A DNA stretch of 64,000 nucleotides from Fimbriosthenelais zetlandica (taxonomy: Eukaryota): NCBI GenBank assembly GCA_977030845.1, contig OZ365112.1:12400001-12464000 (forward strand), read 5' to 3'. The position numbers and the translations under genes are program-made. Positions 1-10,330 of this stretch are shown in pieces; the first letter of the stretch is position 1, and each line of letters begins with the position of its first letter. The notes below the pieces were generated by a model. It saw only the letters and a list, made by a program, of their open reading frames with translations, made no database searches and was not told the origin of the DNA.

Positions 1-16
1 GCACGAGGAACATAAC

Positions 17-3000
17 ATGGCGACCACAGTGGTACTGGAGGGAGATCGAATAACTATACCAGAATCAGTTATACAGCACGAGATTAACGAAGAGACTGTT
101 CCAGCTATCGCCTCAGAATCTGAAGTTGTGTCCACAAGTTCCATGAGTTCAATGTCCATAATACAAGAAGGTTCCCCTCGCACTTCAGCACCTGTAGTCC
201 AGTCCTTACTTCAGCAACCTGTACAAACCACAAACTTTTCCCCCATCAAACACGCTTTGTCACAGAGCCCGTCCCCTCTTATCATCCAGCCAGCTTCTCA
301 GAGAAATACTGCCTTGATAGGGGAGCCCCGGGTGTGTCAGTCTTTTATTGGGCAGACGGCCACCAGTCACGTGGCTAGTACTGTACATGTAAGCCAACCC
401 GGTCTGAGTCCAGTTGGTACCCGTACCTACATCCAGTCCACCTCGAGCCAGTCACCCACCTCCGTGGCTTCTAATCACCCTATATTCGTACAGTCTATCA
501 TTCAGCCTATTCAGAAGACGGGCACACCCAGCCAGGTGGTTCAGAGTCACCCTGTAGTGGCTCAGTCAGTGCTCGGTCCACCTGGAGTGGCACATAACGT
601 CATCAGCAGTAGTGGTCAGAATCTGGCTTCACCACAGACTCAAACCATCCTCACACAGCCATTGCTGACCCAAGCAGTGTCTGGTAAAACCATCCTCAAC
701 CAACCTACAGTGATTCAAACTATGAGTGGTGCAGATGATAGAAATAGGCAGCAACAGCCTCATCTCGTCTTTCACCAAGTGAATCCGGCCACTGAGAGGA
801 CAGCAACAACAAAACTAGTGGGCTTTCAGCAAATGGCTTCTCCACCCCCTCAAGCTCATGTCACAACCGCTACCCCTCCCGAGACACCCGTTCTTGTGCC
901 CCGATGTCTGGTGTGCGGGGACAAGTCTTCTGGTGTTCACTATGGCGTCCTGGCCTGTGAGGGATGTAAAGTGAGTCTGAATTTCACTTAAAAAATATTA
1001 GATTTATAATGTTTAACCAGTGTTGGCAAAAGCCCGGGTTTAACCAGGTAAAACCGGGTTTTACTGTGTTTTACTGGGTACAACTGGGCAATATGGGTCT
1101 CAGTAGTAGTGAGTCTGTACATGTTGCACATCTCCGTGAGCAAAACAACCACATGATTATTAATAAGAACCATTTAGTGCTATACATCTCTACATGCGAA
1201 ATGTTCAACAATAATTATGTTTGTGTAGATCCATTTTTTGCCTTTGATTGCATCTTGCAACCATTTGGAAGCAGACGGTTTGAACGTCGTGGGTTTAAAA
1301 TTAATTATCAAAGGAGGTGGGACATTATGTCTAGCCTTGAGTTGGAGTTGGGCAAGTACGGTAGCTTGCTTAATAGGTGGGTGTTCAAGATGGGTGGGGA
1401 ACGGAGAACAATAGGAGACACGAGATGTAGCTTAATCCCTCTCCCATACAATCCCTCTCCTTCTTGGGCCAACATTCGGACACTTCAAGTTTAGCGGCAC
1501 ATCCCGTCCACTTTCCGGGGGAGAGCCCGGACCCCCCCCCCCCCCCCCCCCCCCCGGGCTCTCAGTGGAGGGGTTGGATTCTGTCCACACTTATTACCTT
1601 TTAGTAGCAGTCTTATGCCATATTATATGGAGTTATCCGCTGCTGAATGTAGTTAGAAAGGCCAAAAAAATGGCAATTAAGAATTGAGTTTTCCCCGGTT
1701 TTCCCCAGTTTTGCCCAATGAGGGGTTTTCCCCACCCGGTTTAAACCAGGGGTTTAACCCGAGATTAAACCGGAGGCGGGCAAAACTTGCCAACACTGTG
1801 TTTAACTGCCTTCACCTTTCAATTTCGGTTTTGAAGCATCTGTTTATAAAAATATGTTTTTGAATAAGCTTTTTTCTTTTACACAGGGCTTCTTCAGAAG
1901 AGCTTTACAAGATATTGGCGACCCAAGTCGTAAAAAGTGCTACTACAACAAAAATTGCGATATTACTGTCCAGACTAGGAACCGATGTCAATACTGCCGA
2001 CTACAGAAATGTTTGGCTTTAGGAATGTCCAGATCAGGTCAGTATACAGACAAATATTGCTCCTTGAATTAAGATTAGAACTCCTTATTCTGTTGTAAGT
2101 GAACTCCCTCATTGTAGTCGAATGGACATATTTAGAATATTCAATTTTTTTTAATTTCTTTTATTTTTTAATAATGTAAATTTATTCAATTGGGTTAACA
2201 TCACATTACATTAACAACAAGCACAGTCAGGCCTGAACCCGATCTTCCCCGTGCTTCCTGATTCGTCAGTTTACAAAAAGGGCAGACGCCCCCAAACATA
2301 TGTATACTAATAAAGTTTTTAAAAATAATTAAGTGAAAAAAGAAAAAAAATAACTATTTACAACAAGTGAGTATTTACATTAAAGTTAAAGAGCCCTAAA
2401 ATGATACTTCCTCCCATGTGGTCAAACCTTATAACAGTTAGTTTTGCTTGTAATACAGGGAGAGGGAGTTAATTGTATACAGAAAAAAAGATTTAAAAAG
2501 AATGCTCCTTACTTATAAAATGATCAGTGAAAATAATATTTGACTATCTGTCTCCTTTCAGCTGCCAAGCTGGGTCGTCGGTCTAGGAAAATGCGAGAGA
2601 TGATCAATGAGGCGACTCGCACCATTGAAGATAGTCAGACAGCCACAGCTCTACACGGCCTACTCAGCCTCAAGGCTGACTCTGGTCCTTCTAACTTTCC
2701 AGCTCTCCTTAGAGCTGTAGGTCAACAAATGATGCCCCAGAATTCTAATGAAATGCAGGTGATGCAGGCGCCAGACGGTCATGCTGCAGAGACTGGGGAA
2801 GGTGTCCCTCCAGCTGTGGCTACAGTGGTCGTGGCATCGGACACCTCCCCCAACACACAGACAGTCACTGTACCTCAAGGTGTCTCTTACAGACCCAAAG
2901 CTGGTTCAGTCATGGATCTCCTCCTTCAAATGCAGAGCCAAGCCCAGCGCAATGCTGCCAACTCAATTAGCAGTTCAATTGCTGCCTCTGTCATTAACAG

Positions 3001-5884
3001 TACCACTGAAGCTCACCCTGTTAGCACCATCACTACTTTGACGCCACAAGGATCTTCTGTCACATCCAGTGGATCCCTACCCAAAGTAACTACCCAACAA
3101 TTTCAAATACAGCCTGCCCAGACTCAAACCGCCTCCAGACAAATCACCTTGACAAGTCCCACGGGCAGTGGGGGTACATCTGTACAAATGATTCCCTCTG
3201 TACCCCGTATACAAGCCCAAGCTCTTACACAACTCATTCAAGCCCAGGTACCGGCACAACCCGCACAGTGTCGACCCTCACAGCTTACCCCGACACAACA
3301 CCAACCATCACAACAACAGCAGCATCATCAACAACAAACACACCATCAAACCTTGCAGGCAGCAGGTTCATCTCCTGCTAGTCAAGCCCCATTAACGACC
3401 TTGTATCAAGGCTCCAAGGCTGTACAAACGGCTGGCTTCCCCATCCAGTTTATAACTACACCGACTGGTAATCAAGCAGCCCAAATATTTCAGACTGACA
3501 AAGGTGGAGAGATCATACTGACTCAGATCCCACAGTCTGGTCAGCCTATAATACTCCATCCATCCCTAGTCATGACCTCCAACTCCTCCCCCACCTCCAC
3601 CACATCTGTGGTGGGTTCATTGCCCCGTGGAGCCACTGTAGTGGTTCGAGCTCCAACCAACGTCTCCACTTCACAACTTGATGACCCGCAACAACAAACA
3701 CACAATAAAAGCCCATTGAAGAAACGACCGTATCCCTTCACCACATCTATAGATTCACAATCCATCACCAGCCCTATCAGTTCTGTTATCTGGTCCCCAA
3801 CACAGCATAAAACCCTGAAGGCAGAAAACACACAGCTCATCATGCAGGGTGGTCAGCTGGTGCAAGCTGCACCAGCGCCGATGCAGGTGCAGGGTGGTGG
3901 AGGAGACGGTTCCCAACCCAAAACTGTCACAGTCCTAGTCCAACAAATGGAGGGATCGTCCCAGCAACAGATGACTATCTCACCTCATTTGGTCGATGCT
4001 GCGGTAGCCTCAACACCTAATACTGTACAGATTGCTGGTGCTGTCCAACCCACAAACAAACATGCAGAGTTCACAGCTATTGTGGCTCCCATAATGAAGG
4101 GTGAAGATGAGACAGACGCTGCCAGAATACAGCAGCAAAGCAGCTCTCTCAACATGTCCAACATGGCTGTTAATATATCAGAGGGCTTTGATGATATTTT
4201 CCGCTATACTCGTAATCAGGTGGAGCAGATGAGGATAGAGGAAGTGACAAGGAACCAGGAAAATGGTACAACATCCCAGGTATGTATCTTAAATAAAAAG
4301 TAGAGCGAATTGTGTCAAACAAGAAGAATATATGGTGGTCCAGGGAAATATAGTTGGCTGTCTGTATTGGTTATATTGAGATAGTGATCACACTCAACTC
4401 ACTGTGCCACTATGTGAGGTGGCACGCCAAATTCTGTTCTGTTCAATTTCTCTCTGCTCTGACACTTGTTTAAATATTTAAGCAATGTATAAGGACACTC
4501 TAAGTATTGACATTCTATATTACCAATTTTTAATCGTTTCCCTTCTTTTCAGGATTCTTTAGGAGGTCCTGAAGGAGACAGCAACGGCCACAGCAGCGAC
4601 CTCTGCTGGCAGAGATTCAAAACACGCTTCAACGAAGTGGTCCGCGATGTCATAAGGTTTGCCAAGAAAATCCCTGGATTCATGACACTGGACTTGGATG
4701 ACCAAGTTTGTTTGATTAAAGGAGGGTGCTTTGAGGTGCGGACCAATGTTTTATACAATTCCTTTCTATATTTTTCTGACATAAGTTAACATGATTTTTC
4801 AATGAATGTATAATGAAACAAAAAAAAAATTGCTGCTCATCTAAGTGAGCAGGTCATTATGAGCTGCCAGTCTCAATGAGTTTCCCACTTGTTAAGTTGG
4901 AATAACAATTTGTTCTCATCCTGAGATTGTAAAATTGTTGACTTGACGTTAAGCAATTAATCTTTCACAGGAATATTGCATTAGATAAGATTTATTTACT
5001 AATGAAATTTTTTTTTTCATCACCTTCCATATCTCCTGGAAATTTTTTGGGAAAAGTTGATTTATTTGATTTAATTTATTCACTTTTCATTGGTCTTCTC
5101 TTACAGGTAGCATGTGTTGTGCATTCCACCTTTGTGGACGGAGAGCGGAACTGTCTGCTGCTGCAGACAAATGCTGGCTGTACGGTGACCAGAGATCAAC
5201 TAAAGGCCAGCTTCCTGCTCGGTGAAAGCTTCATAGAACTCATGTTTAATTTCTCCATCCGCTTCAATGCGTTCCAACTTACACAGGGAGAGATTGCTCT
5301 CTTCTGTGCACTGATGCTCATTACTCCAGGTTTGTATAATAAGTTGTTTAAGTGTTTACAATTTCCCTGCCCTTTCTACTCAGTTTATTGGACCATTGAG
5401 TTTTCATAGTGATTGCATATTACCAGATGACATGGCATTGATCTCACAGAGCACAATGTGAGGTGGCACGGCAAATATCTAATATCTTATAATGGATCTA
5501 ATATTTCCTCTGCTAACTTGTTTCTTCAATAACCTCTATAGCTACTTTATAGTCTACCGGTTACTGTATACCTCTATCTCTGCTGTTTGTAGAACTTCAT
5601 TGAAAGATTTCCTAACATTTTTAATATTTGTTTGTGAACCAGATCGGCCAGGTTTGAAGTCTCGGGACAAGGTGAGCAAGTTACAGGAGGTTCTAATCCA
5701 GTCTCTCCAGTCACAGATCTGTACGAATCATCCCAACGAGGTGGGCCTCTTCCCGCGCCTCCTCATGATCATCTCCAATCTACGTGAGCTCTCAGTGGAA
5801 CACCGCCGTATGCTTTCCACCATTAAAGGCATGCCTGAATTCTCACAAGAACTCCAATCTGAAGTCTTTGGCCTCATTGAGTAA
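17..5884 (+). CDS. Orphan nuclear receptor, NR1 subfamily (ROR/HR3 / Rev-erb/E75-related), 6 coding exons, 1156 aa
   Basis: Exons 17-970, 1887-2037, 2562-4279, 4553-4735, 5107-5329, 5643-5884 (3471 nt, in frame, GT-AG). C4 zinc-finger DBD: [22 protein letters not shown]|GFFRR...CYYNKNC...[22 protein letters not shown] signature [23 protein letters not shown]; C-terminus LRELSVEH...ELQSEVF. An upstream exon outside the window cannot be excluded. Confidence 0.93.
1018..1798. mobile_element. Non-autonomous hAT-superfamily DNA transposon (MITE) in NR intron 1
   Basis: Perfect 12-bp TIRs CAGTGTTGGCAA (1018-1029) and TTGCCAACACTG (1787-1798). Identical 8-bp TSD TGTTTAAC at 1010-1017 and 1799-1806. 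Subterminal GGTTTAACC/AAACCGG repeats; no transposase ORF. Confidence 0.9.
2145..2430 (-). mobile_element. Possible retroposon 3' end (AATAAA plus A-rich tail) in NR intron 2
   Basis: The minus strand reads ...ttgttgttaatgtaatgtgatgttaacccaattgAATAAAtttacattattaaaaaaataaaagaaattaaaaaaaa. A similar tail motif (ttgttgttaatgtgatgttg) occurs near 17940 on the + strand. No ORF. Confidence 0.3.
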
Positions 5885-7510
5885 ACCTCTCTTCGGAAGA
5901 ACCAAAAGAACGACCAACCAACTCCATTCATGTCAGGATTCCAAGGAGAACGATTTTATGAAATATTGTTTCATGTTGAAAATCTGAAATTGGCAATTCA
6001 AATATTTGTTTCTGAGTTTTTTTGAAAATTCTCGTATGGAGAATCATGGCTTAAATGTCCTGCAGATATTGATGACTTGAGATGATCTGTTTGTCCATAG
6101 AACAAGACCATTTAATGCCCCCCACCCCTTCGAGAAAGCGGGAACTATTTAGTACCCGGCTGCCATCCAATGATCCGGCTAGCAGCCAGTTGTGCTCGGT
6201 AGAGTAAGGTCCCCCTTTCCCCAAATAGCATTCCCAATCCCATAGACTTTCAAGGGAGTATCGTAATGCATTGAACAATACAAATTGGGATGCTCCAATG
6301 AATTGGTCTGAAAGAGTGAATGTAGGGGTGAAGAAGGGGAGGGGAGAATTGCAAGTTACTCATGGGGGATTGATATTAGATAGTGTAAAAGATCTAAATC
6401 CTTGTTGTATGTTGATATTATATGCTTGGATCAGACTTTTCCAAACAGATCAAGTGTATGTAAAGTGCTGTTGAGGCAAGGCATTGGCTGATGTTGGAGA
6501 GTGACGTGTATATAATTATAAAGTAGGTTCAGTCCCTGCATCATTGTTAGTGTAGTGAGCAGTGGAAGCACACAGTGCTTAATATTGCACTCTTGTAAAT
6601 AGTTAATATTTATTTTCATTGCAAATAACCACACGTTAATATTGTATATTTTTTCGAGGGTTTATGCAACTGCAGTTATGCACCAGTTGACAAGCTATAT
6701 ATATCTATCACGATTTATCCACTCGTCTATTATGTGAGAGTCGGGTAGCTTACTGATTGGAATTGGATCTGTACTGTTTCTATTCGGTAACTGTGTCTGG
6801 AATATTGGAAGGTTAACAGGTTAGGTTGAAAACTGAAACTATTGTTGCATATATATTATTTGTAAATTATGTTATCTTACCCTGTTTAGACAATGGGGTT
6901 CCTTGTCATTTTAGGTCTTCTTTCTTTTTTAAAGGTCTTTTTAGAAAAAATGTTTTATCTAAATTTTCTGTGGCAACTAAAACCTGCAAATATTACTAGC
7001 ATTAGCCAAGTGAAATGTTAATTTTTTAAGAATGCTGTCCTGACATCTGAATTAATATTTAACTGCAGGATTGTTCTTGCATGCTCTTACTTTAGATCAA
7101 TTTGCCAAATGGACACACTTGATAAATAGTTACATTCTCTTATTTTGACAATAGAGGACGAAAGTTGTTGATAGGCAGTGAACTTTTTTTTAAAGAAAAG
7201 GTATTAGCTGAAGGTTGTTGAATGGACGAACTGGTATGAAACTGTAACTGTAACATTGCTTTATATCCTAATTCACTACTAACGTTACCTATTCAAAATT
7301 TGAACGGTCAATTACAACGCACTTTTTTTAAATCTTTTATTTACAAATTCAGAAATGAGTCATCCAAATAATCTGTCATACCTCTATTTCAAACCTCAAC
7401 CCCGGTTAGCCCAAAGAACAATTCTGGTTCTAAGGGGCCCCCTACCCGTCCTTTGATTGCTGAAGTTCTCAATTAAGAAATTTGAGGGAGCTTAATTTAG
7501 GATTGAGGTG

Positions 7511-8072
7511 TTTGGTTTATATATGAAGAAAGTTCTATTGTTCAGAACGTATTATAAAATTCGTATTTTTTTTTGTTTTCACCAAAATGGAGATGCTGAC
7601 TACACGTGTGGTGCTAACCATCAATCCGTCTAAAATCAGAATCTTACTGAGAAATTCAATAGTAACATTAATGGAATTGTCATCTTTAAAAGTTTTTGTT
7701 CTGAAACGGAGGATAAAATATCCAGGATGACACATATAATAGATGGATTTTAAACGTGCATGGGCATGATCTATGATTTTGTCTCCGAAAATTTGGTTTA
7801 TATATGAAGAAAGTTCTATTGTTCAGAACGTATTTATAAAATTCGTGAAATATTGTTTTTTTCTTTTCACCAAAATGGAGATGCTGACTACACGTGTGGT
7901 GCTAACCATCAATCCGTCTAAAATCAGAATCTTACTGAGAAATTCAATAGTAACATTAATGGAATTGTCATCTTTAAAACTTTTTGTTCTGAAACGGAGG
8001 ATAAAATATCCAGGATGACACATATAATAGATGGATTTTAAACGTGCATGGGCATGATCTATGATTTTGTCT
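7511..8072. repeat. Two-copy tandem duplication, unit about 281 bp
   Basis: Copy 1 is about 7511-7784 and copy 2 about 7792-8072; they are near-identical apart from a few substitutions and indels. The duplicated ORFs 7535-7735 and 7823-8023 reflect this. Confidence 0.92.
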
Positions 8073-10059
8073 ACTAAAATGACGTGGTAGACCTATCACA
8101 TTTTGGGTACTATATTATATAATGATATTCATCACCTATTGTTATGCGTGTGTTCGAGGCATATTGTAATCATTATGTTAATGTAGTCATGCATATTGCT
8201 TAGTTGTTTTTCCTGTGCCATGTTGTCTGTGGATTCACCTGTTAAAATTAACCTTATTTTACTGGGATGTTAGGGATGATCTCCGTATGGAGAACTTGCC
8301 TAGCATCCACCTTGTTGGCACTTGTGCAAAAAGATACAGATCTGGAACCGAGATATTTAGTCGCCCTGGTTACTGATATACAAAATGAGGTTACTTTAAG
8401 ATTTTTGTCTTACACTTTTTTATAAGATAAAATCCTGAGTGAATTACCATTAGGCGGTTCCTTCTTGCTTAACAGTTTATACCAAGGTAAAAATGATCAT
8501 TGTGAATATGTTTTTGTGTTATCTTCAGTAATCTAGGCTTTAGTTTCGCGTTCGTATCTGTCTCACTAAGTCTTTTATGCCTAGACACGTCTCTTATAAT
8601 ATATCATTATACATTTTGTAAATTACTTTTTCATTAGGTAGTCGACACAGTTATTTTCTGTATCCATAATATCAACACGATCTCTTCTTCGTCGATGAAG
8701 TAGTTAGGAACTCGTAGTATCTTACATTTGACGTGTTCCAACCTATTTGTGTAGCTAGATAGCCGGCAGCTGTTTTCTAAACATTGCAGAAAGGTGGTAG
8801 CCAGAGCTTCATTAATTCAAATATTATGGTATACTCTAAGAAAACGTTACAAATGGCAAAATTCTTGAACTATGACAACTGTACCCAACGACCAAGATTA
8901 CTTAAGACTGATGTGAGCCTTTCTAAAGAAATGTACAAAACGCTAATTTTAGACTTTGCTTGATGTGTTAACACTATGCATTTGACTGTATTTATAGTAG
9001 GCGGGAAACCGCTTTTTTGCCGAGGACATATGTTCAATAGGTAAAAATGTTTTTAATTTTCACTATTTTCTTTCCAAAATAGGGGCCTGCAGCCTACTGT
9101 TCCTTATCTTAATTGAAAAAATATCTTCCATCTTCAGTTTATTTTTACTATAAACAGGCCTATGCGAATTTTTATTATCGAATTCCAAGTCTGAATGAAC
9201 TTACGGTACTCAATAAATTAAAAAATACTTTTTTTTACTTTAGGATCTATGTATCAGCTACAGGTAGTACATAACATCGAATAATGTTAATGGGCCTAAT
9301 CCTCCCTCGGCGCTTATGTATTTTATGTCAACTGTTATCGACTTAAGATGTTAAGTTTTTATCATGTGTTGTGTACTCAATAAAGAGTAAATTGGTTATC
9401 CCATGTTTGGTTATAGAAGTATTTCCTGTTCATTTTATACCAATTCAGAGATGCCAATTTCCCGATCATTTTAGATGTATTTTTTTCAAACACCTAGAGG
9501 GCTATCCATTTTATTTAAAATTTAACCACCATTCGACCAGGAAAGTCAATATTTCGAATATATTTCATAATTTTTGGCATCTCTAATTGTAGGCCCTAGT
9601 ATTACTTAGTGGACTACTATTACATAGGTCTAGTAGCATCTGAAACATTGATACAGTACCGTATTACAAATATCTAAATTAGGCCTACCGTACTATTTTG
9701 ATTTTCCTAGCCCCTATATAAAAAAAAATGCAACTGTTAGCATAGTAACAGAATCCCACCCTTATCTGGGGCTATTTTATTTGACTTGGATGTCTAACGG
9801 GGTCTTATTTTTTTTTAAACCTAATTTTTAGGACCTATGCCATCTAGGCAACCACCAGGGAATCTGTAGGCCTATAGCCTACTAAGTACTATAGGAATCA
9901 AATAGGATTGGAGGCCTAGCCTAGGTAAATGGATGTTTTAAAATTAAAATCGGGAAGATTGGAAATTTTACTAAATAATAAAAATCACGAGATACAAATT
10001 CAAAGCAAAATTAGCTTTAATTCAACAGGTGTCAGCTGCAGCATCGCAATTTGCTGGCC

Positions 10060-10330
10060 ATCCTGTTAGTGATTTATATGTGACGCGCCCAGCTTCCGCC
10101 GCTCGGAGGCCAGCTGATCGGTTTGGCGGAAAGGGCCGAGTTTTAACGAGTCCGTCTTTGGAGGCCCGGATGTTTACCCTGTTCCCTGAGCGCTTCCACC
10201 TCCACCTCAGTCCTCCTTTGAGAATTCAGCCCTAGTGGCGGCCATATTGGGATGAATTTAGGTACGTGGTAAACCAACAAGCAGCCATATTTAACGCAGC
10301 CTTCGGAGGCCAAATGGAACACGTAAGTAG
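10060..10330 (+). promoter_or_regulatory. CpG-rich promoter with candidate first exon(s) of GW182/TNRC6
   Basis: Local CpG enrichment and YY1-like GGCGGCCATATT near 10237-10248. ATG AAT TTA G|gtacgt (10252-10261) is phase 1 and fits the exon at 23984. ATG GAA CAC|gtaagt (10314-10322) is phase 0 and fits the exon at 24903. Confidence 0.5.

Noticed and set aside
1009-1494. 161-aa ORF inside NR intron 1
   Set aside because: It lies within the MITE and has no transposase or other recognisable motifs.
6051-6634. Short ORFs after the NR stop codon
   Set aside because: No recognisable domains; the region is consistent with 3' UTR or intergenic sequence.
8300-8940. Minus-strand stretch with fragmentary coding-like reads (e.g. 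HVKCKILRVPNYFIDEEEIV)
   Set aside because: It has multiple stops and frameshifts and I cannot assign a family. It may be a decayed TE; a tblastx or HMM search is needed.
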